A stretch of 64,000 bases of DNA from Escherichia coli (GCF_017348835.2 NZ_CP071375.1); one strand, 5' to 3'; positions 1 through 10,809 are shown, numbered from the stretch's first letter. The notes: generated from the letters alone by a model not told the origin. A program made the numbers and translations.

Positions 1-721
1 GCTGGTGGCGATTGGTTTTGTTCCGTGGTTTCGCCCACTGGCGGTGTGCCTGTTCAGTTTTGGTGTCGTGGTGCAACTGGCTTATGCCGCATGGCAAACT
101 GCGGGATTATGGCGCGGATCTCACCCTGAAGAAGCTACCACGCCTGGACTGTATCTGCCGACAGTTGCCAACAACTTTATCAGCGCAATGGCCTGTGGTG
201 CGTTGGGCTACACCGACGCCGGTCTGGTGTTTTTAGGCGCAGGCGTTTTCTCATGGCTAAGCCTTGAACCGGTGATCTTGCAGCGTCTGCGCAGTTCGGG
301 AGAATTACCCACGGCACTGCGGACATCACTCGGCATTCAGCTCGCTCCTGCGCTGGTGGCCTGTAGTGCCTGGCTGAGCGTCAACGGCGGCGAGGGTGAC
401 ACGCTGGCGAAAATGCTTTTCGGTTATGGACTGTTGCAACTGCTGTTTATGCTACGTCTGATGCCATGGTATCTCTCCCAGCCATTTAATGCTTCATTCT
501 GGAGTTTCTCGTTCGGCGTATCTGCACTGGCAACCACCGGTTTGCATCTGGGGAGTGGCAGCGATAATGGATTTTTCCATACACTGGCGGTGCCGCTGTT
601 TATCTTTACCAATTTTATTATTGCAATACTGCTCATCCGTACTTTGGCGCTTCTGATGCAGGGAAAATTGTTAGTCAGAACCGAGCGCGCCGTTTTAATG
701 AAAGCAGAGGACAAAGAATGA
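1..721 (+). CDS. tehA: TehA tellurite-resistance / TDT-family membrane transporter, C-terminal part (5' end outside window)
   Basis: Frame open from window start to TGA 719-721; multi-pass hydrophobic protein; stop overlaps the next ATG (ATGA) as in a tehAB operon. Confidence 0.9.
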   Translation, partial: LVAIGFVPWFRPLAVCLFSFGVVVQLAYAAWQTAGLWRGSHPEEATTPGLYLPTVANNFISAMACGALGYTDAGLVFLGAGVFSWLSLEPVILQRLRSSGELPTALRTSLGIQLAPALVACSAWLSVNGGEGDTLAKMLFGYGLLQLLFMLRLMPWYLSQPFNASFWSFSFGVSALATTGLHLGSGSDNGFFHTLAVPLFIFTNFIIAILLIRTLALLMQGKLLVRTERAVLMKAEDKE

Positions 722-1311
722 TCATTCGTGACGAAAATTATTTTACTGATAAATATGAATTAACCCGCACACACTCTGAAGTACTGGAAGCGGTGAAAGT
801 GGTTAAACCGGGTAAAACGCTGGATCTGGGCTGTGGCAATGGTCGTAACAGTCTTTACCTGGCAGCCAATGGTTATGATGTTGACGCATGGGATAAAAAT
901 GCCATGAGTATCGCCAACGTCGAGCGCATTAAATCTATTGAAAATCTGGATAATTTACACACTCGGGTCGTTGATCTGAATAACCTCACATTTGCTGGAC
1001 AGTACGATTTTATTCTTTCGACTGTGGTGCTGATGTTCCTTGAGGCTAAAACCATCCCAGGGCTGATTGCCAATATGCAACGTTGCACGAAACCTGGCGG
1101 TTACAACCTGATTGTGGCGGCGATGGATACCGCCGATTATCCATGTACTGTCGGCTTCCCGTTTGCCTTCAAAGAGGGAGAATTACGTCGATATTACGAA
1201 GGCTGGGAGAGGGTGAAATACAATGAAGACGTCGGCGAGCTGCACCGCACCGACGCCAACGGTAATCGTATTAAACTACGTTTCGCCACGATGCTGGCAC
1301 GTAAAAAATGA
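718..1311 (+). CDS. tehB: TehB SAM-dependent tellurite methyltransferase
   Basis: 197-aa ORF with methyltransferase glycine motif [11 protein letters not shown]; translationally coupled to tehA. Confidence 0.93.
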   Translation: MIIRDENYFTDKYELTRTHSEVLEAVKVVKPGKTLDLGCGNGRNSLYLAANGYDVDAWDKNAMSIANVERIKSIENLDNLHTRVVDLNNLTFAGQYDFILSTVVLMFLEAKTIPGLIANMQRCTKPGGYNLIVAAMDTADYPCTVGFPFAFKEGELRRYYEGWERVKYNEDVGELHRTDANGNRIKLRFATMLARKK

Positions 1312-1613
1312 CCCGGTAAGAACAAAGCGCGTGAAAATTCCCCACGCTGAGATGGTTTACTGTTCTTCTTTTCGGTAAGCATATTTTTTATCGAAGGGAT
1401 GTGAAATTAATCACAGTAGTCGAAGTTTTTTAGCAGCTTAACTTACTGAAATTTAACTACTGATGATTGACTTAGCCCCTTTTTCGGCATTGACTATGTC
1501 GTCTGAAAAGGGGCTGAAAAATTTATTTTCACCAACACTTTTTTTGCCACAACACGAAGCGGCGCTTTTTGCTATAACTTAGAAAGTAATATAATCATCT
1601 CAGGAAACTATTC

Positions 1614-2282
1614 ATGCGTACCACATCATTTGCGAAAGTTGCAGCTTTATGCGGCTTGTTGGCTCTGTCTGGTTGTGCCTCTAAAATCACCCAGCCAGAC
1701 AAATATTCTGGTTTTTTAAACAATTACTCTGATTTAAAAGAAACAACCTCGGCTACAGGTAAACCTGTTTTACGTTGGGTAGACCCGAGTTTTGATCAAA
1801 GCAAATATGACAGCATCGTCTGGAACCCAATCACTTATTATCCGGTACCGAAACCGTCGACCCAGGTAGGGCAGAAAGTTCTGGATAAAATTTTGAACTA
1901 TACCAACACCGAAATGAAAGAAGCGATAGCGCAGCGTAAACCACTGGTTACCACCGCTGGGCCGCGTAGTCTGATTTTCCGTGGGGCCATTACCGGTGTA
2001 GATACCAGCAAAGAAGGGCTGCAATTCTATGAAGTGGTTCCTGTTGCATTAGTGGTTGCGGGGACGCAAATGGCTACAGGCCATCGTACCATGGATACTC
2101 GCCTCTATTTTGAAGGTGAGCTGATTGATGCAGCGACTAATAAACCGGTTATCAAAGTCGTTCGTCAGGGCGAAGGTAAAGACCTGAATAACGAAAGTAC
2201 GCCAATGGCTTTCGAAAATATTAAACAAGTTATTGATGACATGGCGACCGATGCCACCATGTTTGACGTTAACAAAAAGTAG
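1614..2282 (+). CDS. ydcL: YdcL lipoprotein
   Basis: 222-aa ORF; signal peptide with lipobox LSGC; position after tehB matches K-12 order. Confidence 0.9.
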   Translation: MRTTSFAKVAALCGLLALSGCASKITQPDKYSGFLNNYSDLKETTSATGKPVLRWVDPSFDQSKYDSIVWNPITYYPVPKPSTQVGQKVLDKILNYTNTEMKEAIAQRKPLVTTAGPRSLIFRGAITGVDTSKEGLQFYEVVPVALVVAGTQMATGHRTMDTRLYFEGELIDAATNKPVIKVVRQGEGKDLNNESTPMAFENIKQVIDDMATDATMFDVNKK

Positions 2283-2290
2283 TTCCAGAC

Positions 2291-2316
2291 GCGCCATCGT
2301 TAGATGGCGCTTTTTA
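2291..2316 (+). terminator. intrinsic terminator downstream of ydcL
   Basis: GC hairpin gcgccatc-gtta-gatggcgc followed by TTTTTA, 9 nt after the ydcL stop. Confidence 0.7.
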
Positions 2317-2805
2317 TCCGGTGCGCCGTAAAACCCCGTCCTTCAGGGCGGGGATATAAGGCGCGGTTTTCCACCTAACAGGTGTTTGCTGTTGTTCAAT
2401 GTATTGGCGGATGACGGATATTGGCGCACCTCCGCAGCTACTGGCAAAATAGCCAGGACTCCACAAAACGCCTTTGTAGTAATACCTGACTGCAATATCT
2501 GGTCGATCTCGTCGCAGTAACCTACCCGATACGCCTTTGAGGCTGTTTACCAGACTGGATATCGCCAGTTTGGGAGGTTAGTTAATTAACAAATGGACGT
2601 GATCTGGTTCGCCATCCATTTCAACCAGTTCAGCTTCAAAATCAGCACATACATTTGAAAAGTAACTGCGTAGTTTTTCTGTCGCGTCATGGTCAAAAAT
2701 CTGGCGTCGGTATTTGGTGACAAAGACCAGGTGAACATGCATCAGGGAAACACAATGCCTTCCACGCCGGATATCGGTTTCTTTTTTCACAGACCAAAGT
2801 ATCAT
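2314..2805 (-). pseudogene. IS200-family TnpA (Y1 HuH transposase) interrupted by one in-frame TAA
   Basis: 75-aa ORF 2578-2805 with HuH-type motifs (HVHLVFVTKYRR, DHVHLL) stops at TAA; the same frame continues downstream with TnpA-like C-terminus (SLKGVSGRLLRR, LWSPGYFASSCGGAPISVIRQYIEQQ). Confidence 0.65.
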
Positions 2806-2812
2806 TTGACCT

Positions 2813-4021
2813 GTGAAACGATTACAGGCATTTAAATTCCAGTTAAGACCAGGTGGTCAACAGGAGTGTGAAATGAGGCGCTTCGCAGGCGCATGTCGTT
2901 TCGTTTTCAATCGTGCTCTGGCACGTCAGAATGAGAATCATGAGGCAGGTAATAAATACATCCCTTACGGGAAAATGGCTTCCTGGCTGGTTGAGTGGAA
3001 AAATGCCACTGAAACGCAATGGCTTAAAGATTCTCCCTCACAGCCATTGCAACAGTCACTGAAAGACCTTGAGCGGGCTTACAAAAACTTCTTCCGGAAG
3101 CGGGCTGCTTTTCCCCGATTCAAAAAGCGGGGACAGAATGATGCATTCCGCTACCCGCAGGGCGTTAAGCTCGATCAGGAAAACAGCCGTATTTTTCTGC
3201 CGAAACTGGGCTGGATGGGCTACCGGAATAGCCGTCAGGTCACGGGTGTTGTGAAAAATGTCACTGTCAGCCAGTCCTGCGGTAAGTGGTACATCAGTAT
3301 TCAGACAGAAAGTGAAGTATCCACTCCGGTTCACCCTTCAGCATCAATGGTCGGGCTGGATGCTGGCGTGGCTAAACTCGCCACGCTGTCAGATTGCACA
3401 GTCTTTGAGCCTGTAAACAGTTTTCAGAAAAACCAGAAGACGCTGGCGAGACTTCAGCGACAGTTAAGCCGCAAGGTCAAATTCAGCAACAACTGGCAGA
3501 AGCAGAAACGCAAAATACAGCGACTGCATTCCCGTATCGCAAATATCCGCAGGGACTACCTTCACAAAGTCACAACGACCGTCAGCAAAAACCACGCAAT
3601 GATAGTCATTGAGGATTTGAAGGTCAGCAACATGTCAAAGTCAGCAGCGGGTACGGTCAGCCAGCCGGGGCGCAATGTCCGGGCAAAATCAGGTTTAAAC
3701 CGTTCGATACTGGATCAGGGCTGGTATGAAATGCGCCGCCAGCTTGAGTACAAGCAGCTCTGGCGTGGCGGTCAGGTGCTTGCTGTTCCGCCAGCGTACA
3801 CAAGTCAGCGTTGCGCGTGCTGTGGTCATACAGCGAAAGAAAATCGCCTGTCACAAAGTCAATTCAGATGCCAGGTATGTGGATATACAGCGAACGCCGA
3901 TGTAAACGGCGCTCGTAACATTTTAGCGGCGGGGCACGCCGTTCTTGCCTGTGGAGAGATGGTGCAGTCAGGCCGCCCGTTGAAGCAGGAACCCACCGAA
4001 ATGATTCAGGCGACAGCCTGA
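2813..4021 (+). CDS. insQ: TnpB (IS605 OrfB family, RuvC-like RNA-guided nuclease)
   Basis: 402-aa ORF with GTG start; RuvC-I GLDAGV, RuvC-II IVIEDL, zinc finger CxxC...CxxC, Ruv[12 protein letters not shown]. Confidence 0.9.
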   Translation: MKRLQAFKFQLRPGGQQECEMRRFAGACRFVFNRALARQNENHEAGNKYIPYGKMASWLVEWKNATETQWLKDSPSQPLQQSLKDLERAYKNFFRKRAAFPRFKKRGQNDAFRYPQGVKLDQENSRIFLPKLGWMGYRNSRQVTGVVKNVTVSQSCGKWYISIQTESEVSTPVHPSASMVGLDAGVAKLATLSDCTVFEPVNSFQKNQKTLARLQRQLSRKVKFSNNWQKQKRKIQRLHSRIANIRRDYLHKVTTTVSKNHAMIVIEDLKVSNMSKSAAGTVSQPGRNVRAKSGLNRSILDQGWYEMRRQLEYKQLWRGGQVLAVPPAYTSQRCACCGHTAKENRLSQSQFRCQVCGYTANADVNGARNILAAGHAVLACGEMVQSGRPLKQEPTEMIQATA

Positions 4022-4060
4022 ACGTAGCAGGGATCCACGTCCTTCAGGGCGTGGAGGATG

Positions 4061-5236
4061 TCAATATCGGTTTCTGTCAGCGATTAAATTCAACACCACG
4101 TAACAAACGCCTCCGGCAATTAATCCCCAGAACGCAGAACCAATCCCGACCAGCGTCAATCCACTTGCCGTTACCAGAAATGCCACCACCGCCGCGTCGC
4201 GCTCACGCTCATTATGCAGCGCCTGATACAAACTTCCGCCAATGGTACTCAACAGCGCCAGACCTGCCAGCATCTGGATCCAACTTACGGGCAGGGCAGC
4301 CATCATCCCGGTAATGGCACTACCAAACAGACCTGCGAGCAAATAGAAAATGCCTGCAACGGCAGCTGCCAGCCAACGTTGATCTTTATCCGGATGCGCT
4401 TCCGGGCTTTGGCAAATAGCCGCGGTGATTGCCGCAATACCGACGGAATAAACGCCGAAAGGGGAAAAAACCAGTGCCAGCAATCCAGTAAATACAATTA
4501 ATGGCGAAACAGGAGCCGAATATCCGGCGGCTTTCATTGCTGCGATACCCGGTGCGTTTTGCGATGCCATCGTCACCAGAAAAAGGGGGAGTGCAACGCT
4601 CAGGCTGTGAGCAAACGCAAAATCAGGGGTAATATAAGTGGGGAGAACGGGTTTAAAGACAACATCAGTTGTGACAACGTCACCTTGCGCGATAACGATC
4701 ACGATCCCAATAATCATCGCGGCAATTACCGCATAGCGCGGCGCAACGGCCTTGGTTGCCAGCCATACCAGCAACATACTGCCACACAACGTAAATTGAC
4801 CGTCCAGACTGGCAAACGCCTGTAAACCAAAGCGTAATAAAATCCCGGCAAGCATTGCCGCCGCAAGCGAGTGCGGAATAATGCACATCAGACGAGCAAA
4901 GAGTCCCGTTATGCCGCAGAGGACTATTAACGCGTTGGTGACAATAAAAACGCCGATGGCTTCGTTAAGTGTTAGTCCCTGCAATCCGGTGACCAACAAA
5001 GCCGCGCCAGGCGTTGACCATGCGGTGAGAACAGGTACGCGATACCATAATGTCAGAGCCAGCGTACTGACGCCCATTGCCAGCCCCAGCGCCGTCATCC
5101 AGCCAGAGATTTGTGCAGTGGTGGCTCCGGCGACAATCGCTGCTTGCCAGATTATTGCCGCTGAACTGGCGTAGCCAATTAATACCGCCAGAAACCCCGC
5201 CAGTAGCGTGGGTGGAGGAACAGAAAACAGACGCAT
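4061..5236 (-). CDS. ydcO: YdcO BenE-family inner-membrane transporter
   Basis: Polytopic membrane ORF; start placed at the ATG preceded by GAGGT (MRLFSVPPP); the longer ORF start at 5359 runs into upstream sequence and is less likely. Confidence 0.85.
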   Translation of the reverse strand: MRLFSVPPPTLLAGFLAVLIGYASSAAIIWQAAIVAGATTAQISGWMTALGLAMGVSTLALTLWYRVPVLTAWSTPGAALLVTGLQGLTLNEAIGVFIVTNALIVLCGITGLFARLMCIIPHSLAAAMLAGILLRFGLQAFASLDGQFTLCGSMLLVWLATKAVAPRYAVIAAMIIGIVIVIAQGDVVTTDVVFKPVLPTYITPDFAFAHSLSVALPLFLVTMASQNAPGIAAMKAAGYSAPVSPLIVFTGLLALVFSPFGVYSVGIAAITAAICQSPEAHPDKDQRWLAAAVAGIFYLLAGLFGSAITGMMAALPVSWIQMLAGLALLSTIGGSLYQALHNERERDAAVVAFLVTASGLTLVGIGSAFWGLIAGGVCYVVLNLIADRNRY

Positions 5237-5327
5237 AGTCACCTCGTGCGTTATAGCGTACAGGCACCGTAGCATTTGTCCGTTATAACGCACAAGTGAT
5301 AAACTTCCGTTTTGCCGGAGGAGTCGC

Positions 5328-5864
5328 ATGGAAAATCTCGCTCGCTTTTTATCCACCACACTTAAACAACTACGTCAGCAGCGCGGCTGGAGTCTTTCGC
5401 GACTGGCAGAAGCGACGGGCGTTTCTAAAGCGATGTTAGGGCAGATTGAGCGTAATGAATCCAGCCCGACGGTCGCGACATTATGGAAAATTGCCACCGG
5501 GTTGAACGTGCCATTTTCGACATTTATTTCTCCGCCACAGTCCGCTACGCCTTCAGTTTATGATCCACAACAGCAGGCGATGGTGATCACTTCACTGTTT
5601 CCTTATGATCCACAACTCTGCTTTGAACACTTCTCGATTCAGATGGCACCTGGTGCAATAAGCGAATCGACGCCCCATGAGAAGGGGGTAATCGAACATG
5701 TCGTCGTCATTGATGGACAACTTGATCTGTGCGTTGATGGGGAATGGCAGAGCCTTAATTGTGGGGAAGGCGCTCGATTTGCTGCAGACGTCACGCATGT
5801 CTATCGTAATGGTGGGGAGCAAACCGTACATTTTCATTCCCTCATCCATTACCCGCGCAGTTAA
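5328..5864 (+). CDS. sutR: SutR (YdcN) XRE-family HTH plus cupin regulator
   Basis: 178-aa ORF; N-terminal HTH (LSRLAEATGVSKAMLGQIERNESSP) and C-terminal cupin-like region. Confidence 0.9.
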   Translation: MENLARFLSTTLKQLRQQRGWSLSRLAEATGVSKAMLGQIERNESSPTVATLWKIATGLNVPFSTFISPPQSATPSVYDPQQQAMVITSLFPYDPQLCFEHFSIQMAPGAISESTPHEKGVIEHVVVIDGQLDLCVDGEWQSLNCGEGARFAADVTHVYRNGGEQTVHFHSLIHYPRS

Positions 5865-5936
5865 GCGGGAAAACTATTTCGCAACGTCGCGCTTGTGGCT
5901 AAAATAGCCGCCATTTTTCAGCTACTGGATAAGAAT

Positions 5937-7898
5937 GTGACCGTATCTTCTCATCGACTTGAACTGTTAAGCCCGGCACGCGATGCCGCCATTGCCCGCG
6001 AAGCTATTTTGCACGGTGCTGATGCTGTTTATATCGGCGGCCCTGGTTTTGGTGCCCGTCATAATGCCAGTAATAGCCTGAAAGATATTGCCGAGTTGGT
6101 GCCGTTTGCCCATCGTTATGGTGCAAAAATTTTCGTCACGCTTAACACCATTTTGCATGATGATGAGCTGGAACCCGCGCAACGGCTGATTACCGACCTC
6201 TACCAGACCGGCGTCGATGCGCTGATTGTTCAGGATATGGGGATTCTGGAACTTGATATTCCGCCGATTGAACTGCAGGCCAGTACGCAGTGCGACATTC
6301 GTACAGTAGAAAAAGCGAAGTTCCTCTCTGATGTTGGCTTCACGCAGATTGTGCTGGCGCGAGAGCTGAATCTTGAGCAGATCCGCGCGATTCACCAGGC
6401 TACGGACGCGACCATTGAATTCTTTATTCATGGCGCATTGTGCGTGGCCTATTCGGGTCAGTGCTACATATCTCATGCGCAAACAGGGCGTAGCGCCAAC
6501 CGTGGCGATTGTTCACAGGCGTGCCGTTTGCCATACACATTGAAAGACGATCAGGGGCGGGTGGTTTCCTATGAAAAACATCTGCTGTCGATGAAAGATA
6601 ACGATCAGACTGCCAACCTCGGCGCGCTGATTGATGCTGGTGTACGCTCCTTCAAGATTGAAGGGCGTTACAAAGATATGAGCTACGTGAAGAATATCAC
6701 CGCCCATTATCGCCAGATGCTGGATGCCATTATTGAAGAACGTGGCGATCTGACGCGTGCTTCATCAGGTCGTACTGAACATTTCTTTGTTCCATCGACG
6801 GAAAAGACTTTCCACCGTGGTAGCACAGATTATTTTGTGAATGCCCGTAAAGGCGATATTGGCGCGTTCGATTCGCCGAAATTTATCGGCCTGCCGGTAG
6901 GCGAAGTAGTGAAAGTGGCGAAAGATCATCTCGATGTTGCCGTTACCGAGCCACTGGCAAATGGCGATGGCCTGAACGTGTTGATTAAACGTGAAGTCGT
7001 CGGTTTTCGTGCCAATACGGTCGAGAAAACCGGAGAAAATCAGTACCGCGTCTGGCCCAATGAAATGCCAGCAGATTTGCACAAAATTTGCCCGCATCAC
7101 CCACTAAACCGTAATCTTGATCATAACTGGCAGCAGGCACTGACAAAAACCTCCAGCGAACGTCGGGTGGCGGTAGACATTGAACTGGGCGGTTGGCAGG
7201 AACAATTGATTCTGACTCTCACCAGTGAAGAGGGGGTCAGCATAACGCATACGCTGGATGGGCAGTTCGACGAAGCCAATAACGCCGAAAAAGCAATGAA
7301 CAATCTGAAGGATGGTCTGGCAAAACTGGGGCAAACCCTCTATTACGCCCGCGATGTGCAAATTAATTTGCCGGGGGCGCTGTTTGTACCAAACAGTCTG
7401 TTAAACCAGTTCCGCCGTGAAGCTGCTGACATGCTGGATGCTGCGCGTCTTGCCAGTTACCAGCGCGGCAGCCGTAAACCGGTTGCTGATCCTGCGCCGG
7501 TTTATCCGCAAACGCATCTGAGTTTCCTCGCGAACGTTTACAACCAGAAAGCGCGTGAATTTTATCATCGCTATGGTGTGCAGCTGATTGACGCGGCGTA
7601 TGAGGCACATGAAGAGAAGGGCGAAGTCCCTGTGATGATCACCAAGCATTGTCTGCGCTTTGCCTTTAATCTGTGCCCGAAACAGGCGAAAGGCAATATC
7701 AAAAGCTGGAAGGCGACGCCAATGCAACTGGTAAACGGCGATGAAGTATTAACGCTAAAGTTTGATTGCCGCCCATGCGAGATGCACGTCATTGGCAAAA
7801 TCAAAAATCACATACTGAAAATGCCGTTACCGGGAAGCGTAGTGGCATCCGTAAGTCCGGATGAGCTGCTGAAAACATTGCCGAAGCGAAAAGGGTAA
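5937..7898 (+). CDS. rlhA: RlhA (YdcP) peptidase U32-family protein, 23S rRNA 5-hydroxycytidine synthesis
   Basis: Long ORF of U32 family; start uncertain (GTG 5937 preferred from recalled protein length; GTG 5895 alternative). Confidence 0.85.
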   Translation: MTVSSHRLELLSPARDAAIAREAILHGADAVYIGGPGFGARHNASNSLKDIAELVPFAHRYGAKIFVTLNTILHDDELEPAQRLITDLYQTGVDALIVQDMGILELDIPPIELQASTQCDIRTVEKAKFLSDVGFTQIVLARELNLEQIRAIHQATDATIEFFIHGALCVAYSGQCYISHAQTGRSANRGDCSQACRLPYTLKDDQGRVVSYEKHLLSMKDNDQTANLGALIDAGVRSFKIEGRYKDMSYVKNITAHYRQMLDAIIEERGDLTRASSGRTEHFFVPSTEKTFHRGSTDYFVNARKGDIGAFDSPKFIGLPVGEVVKVAKDHLDVAVTEPLANGDGLNVLIKREVVGFRANTVEKTGENQYRVWPNEMPADLHKICPHHPLNRNLDHNWQQALTKTSSERRVAVDIELGGWQEQLILTLTSEEGVSITHTLDGQFDEANNAEKAMNNLKDGLAKLGQTLYYARDVQINLPGALFVPNSLLNQFRREAADMLDAARLASYQRGSRKPVADPAPVYPQTHLSFLANVYNQKAREFYHRYGVQLIDAAYEAHEEKGEVPVMITKHCLRFAFNLCPKQAKGNIKSWKATPMQLVNGDEVLTLKFDCRPCEMHVIGKIKNHILKMPLPGSVVASVSPDELLKTLPKRKG

Positions 7899-7947
7899 AA
7901 CGCCAGTTTTCTGGTTACTCACAACTTATTGAATCTGCATGATATTG

Positions 7948-7980
7948 CCTGCCGGGTAAGGCGTTACGCCGCATCCGGCA
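7948..7980. repeat. REP (repetitive extragenic palindrome)
   Basis: cctgccgggtaaggcgttacgccgcatccggca, a typical E. coli REP unit between convergent rlhA and yncJ. Confidence 0.7.
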
Positions 7981-7989
7981 TCAAATGAC

Positions 7990-8220
7990 TCAACGTTGTC
8001 CCGCTTCTGGTTTGCGCGATTTTTGCCAGTAAAAATGCTCGCGCAAACCTTCCGCCGACTCTTCCGCCACAGCACGCAATTCATCGCTGTCCGCTTCATG
8101 ACGCAGCTGATGATCCACATTCTTTACCCACACAAATTCATGTCCTTTGTGCCCTGCCATGAGTTGTCCTGAAAACAGAGCACACGTTAATAAGACAACC
8201 GATAACGCCTTCGTAAACAT
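7990..8220 (-). CDS. yncJ: YncJ small secreted DUF2554-family protein
   Basis: 76-aa ORF with N-terminal signal peptide; position matches K-12. Confidence 0.85.
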   Translation of the reverse strand: MFTKALSVVLLTCALFSGQLMAGHKGHEFVWVKNVDHQLRHEADSDELRAVAEESAEGLREHFYWQKSRKPEAGQR

Positions 8221-8441
8221 CCTGCCACCTTTTTCTTACCTTTTGCCGCTATGATGCCGATCGTTTCTTGAGGTTATTATTCAGTTTTGCAAATTAGCGC
8301 AAAGAAATTCTGGAATCTTCCTTCCTGATTTTGCATTGCATTCTGCCGTTGCGGCGATTTAGTGCTATTTTCGAGCAAATTACACACGGAGGTAAACACT
8401 AATGTTTACTTTGTTGATATACTCAGCGGCAGGGAGGCGAT

Positions 8442-8618
8442 GTGAAACAAAGCGAGTTCAGACGTTGGCTCGAATCTCAGGGCGTCGATGTAGCGAATGG
8501 CAGCAACCATTTGAAACTCAGGTTTCATGGGAGGCGCAGTGTCATGCCGCGTCACCCCTGCGATGAGATTAAAGAACCATTGCGTAAAGCAATCCTGAAA
8601 CAACTCGGTTTGAGTTAA
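8442..8618 (+). CDS. hicA: HicA toxin (mRNA interferase) of the hicAB type II toxin-antitoxin pair
   Basis: 58-codon ORF with GTG start, not in the ORF track; translation VKQSEFRRWLESQGVDVANGSNHLKLRFHGRRSVMPRHPCDEIKEPLRKAILKQLGLS; 24 nt upstream of hicB. Confidence 0.85.
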   Translation: MKQSEFRRWLESQGVDVANGSNHLKLRFHGRRSVMPRHPCDEIKEPLRKAILKQLGLS

Positions 8619-8642
8619 TCGCCAATTAAAAAGGTTAATGAC

Positions 8643-9080
<438 letters not shown>

Positions 9081-9158
9081 TTACAGTTAACGAAAAGTTG
9101 TCATTTTTAACAACTGATATAGACTGCCGAATCATCTGCACATAATTACGATTCGATA

Positions 9159-10568
9159 ATGAAAAAATACCAGCAGCTTGCAGAACAATTACGCGAGCAG
9201 ATTGCGTCGGGTATTTGGCAACCCGGCGATCGTTTGCCTTCGTTGCGTGACCAGGTGGCGCTTTCTGGCATGAGCTTTATGACTGTCAGCCATGCCTATC
9301 AGTTGCTCGAAAGTCAGGGATATATTATCGCACGCCCGCAGTCGGGTTATTACGTTGCGCCACAGGCAATAAAAATGCCGAAAGCGCCAGTCATTCCAGT
9401 CACTCGAGATGAAGCAGTCGATATCAACACTTATATTTTTGATATGTTGCAGGCCAGTCGCGATCCGTCGGTCGTTCCGTTTGCCTCGGCCTTTCCCGAC
9501 CCGCGACTTTTCCCCCTACAACAACTAAACCGCTCGCTGGCGCAGGTAAGCAAAACCGCCACAGCGATGAGCGTGATTGAAAACTTACCGCCAGGAAACG
9601 CAGAACTGCGTCAGGCTATTGCTCGTCGCTATGCCTTACAGGGCATCACCATTTCTCCTGATGAAATTGTCATTACTGCCGGGGCGTTAGAGGCATTAAA
9701 CCTCAGTTTGCAAGCGGTAACTGAACCGGGCGATTGGGTGATAGTAGAGAATCCTTGTTTCTATGGCGCGTTGCAGGCGCTGGAACGGCTACGGCTGAAA
9801 GCGTTATCGGTGGCGACGGATGTTAAAGAAGGGATAGATCTTCAGGCGTTGGAACTGGCGTTGCAGGAGTATCCGGTGAAAGCGTGCTGGCTGATGACTA
9901 ATAGCCAGAATCCACTCGGATTTACCTTAACGCCGCAAAAAAAAGCACAACTGGTGGCGTTGCTCAATCAGTACAACGTAACGCTGATTGAAGATGACGT
10001 TTACAGCGAACTTTATTTTGGACGGGAAAAACCGCTGCCTGCGAAAGCGTGGGATCGCCACGATGGCGTTTTGCATTGCTCTTCGTTTTCGAAATGTCTG
10101 GTGCCTGGTTTTCGTATTGGTTGGGTCGCCGCCGGAAAACATGCACGTAAAATTCAACGCTTGCAGCTGATGAGTACGCTTTCCACCAGCTCACCGATGC
10201 AGCTTGCGCTGGTGGATTACCTTTCCACGCGCCGATACGACGCCCATCTTCGTCGCCTGCGTCGCCAGCTTGCGGAACGTAAACAACGTGCCTGGCAGGC
10301 ACTGCTGCGTTATCTGCCTGCGGAAGTGAAAATTCATCATAATGACAGCGGTTATTTTCTCTGGCTGGAGCTTCCCGAACCGTTAGATGCCGGCGAATTG
10401 AGCCTGGCGGCACTGACGCATCATATCAGTATTGCGCCGGGTAAAATGTTTTCTACCGGTGAAAACTGGTCACGTTTTTTTCGTTTTAATACCGCGTGGC
10501 AGTGGGGAGAACGTGAAGAACAGGCGGTAAAACAATTAGGTCACCTTATTAAAGAATACCTGAAATAG
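9159..10568 (+). CDS. ydcR: YdcR MocR/GntR-family regulator with aminotransferase-like domain
   Basis: 469-aa ORF; N-terminal winged HTH then PLP aminotransferase-fold domain. Confidence 0.9.
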   Translation: MKKYQQLAEQLREQIASGIWQPGDRLPSLRDQVALSGMSFMTVSHAYQLLESQGYIIARPQSGYYVAPQAIKMPKAPVIPVTRDEAVDINTYIFDMLQASRDPSVVPFASAFPDPRLFPLQQLNRSLAQVSKTATAMSVIENLPPGNAELRQAIARRYALQGITISPDEIVITAGALEALNLSLQAVTEPGDWVIVENPCFYGALQALERLRLKALSVATDVKEGIDLQALELALQEYPVKACWLMTNSQNPLGFTLTPQKKAQLVALLNQYNVTLIEDDVYSELYFGREKPLPAKAWDRHDGVLHCSSFSKCLVPGFRIGWVAAGKHARKIQRLQLMSTLSTSSPMQLALVDYLSTRRYDAHLRRLRRQLAERKQRAWQALLRYLPAEVKIHHNDSGYFLWLELPEPLDAGELSLAALTHHISIAPGKMFSTGENWSRFFRFNTAWQWGEREEQAVKQLGHLIKEYLK

Positions 10569-10809
10569 ATCCCCATTCAATTTCTCTCAGGTTGGGTAAT
10601 ATGAATTTCGAATAGCAGTCATATTTCCTAACTCCTTGTCTATACTCCAGAAGATAACCTTACAGACGGCATAATGCGCGGTAGCTCACAACCTGATTAA
10701 ATTTTCTCAGGGGCGAAGGTGTGCCTGCAAGCCGCCGTCTATGGTTAAACAAGGAGATATTTTTACGGCACGGCGGCTGAACAATTAATTACGACAGGAG
10801 TAAGACCTT

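Larger units (their letters stand above)
2314..4065. mobile_element. IS200/IS605-family insertion sequence (IS609-like): divergent tnpA remnant and tnpB
   Basis: Y1 HuH transposase ORF plus TnpB ORF; near-identical subterminal imperfect hairpins at 2334-2353 and 4036-4055; same position as IS609 (insQ) in K-12 between ydcL and ydcO; exact ends not resolved. Confidence 0.8.

Noticed and set aside
1474-1515. 10-bp inverted repeat (agcccctttt / aaaaggggct) with a 22-nt loop between tehB and ydcL
   Set aside because: Loop too large and no adjacent U-tract for a confident terminator; function unclear.
10760-10790. Possible sigma-54 promoter (GGCACG-N4-cTGaA) upstream of ydcS
   Set aside because: The -12 element lacks the conserved GC dinucleotide, so the match is too weak to call.
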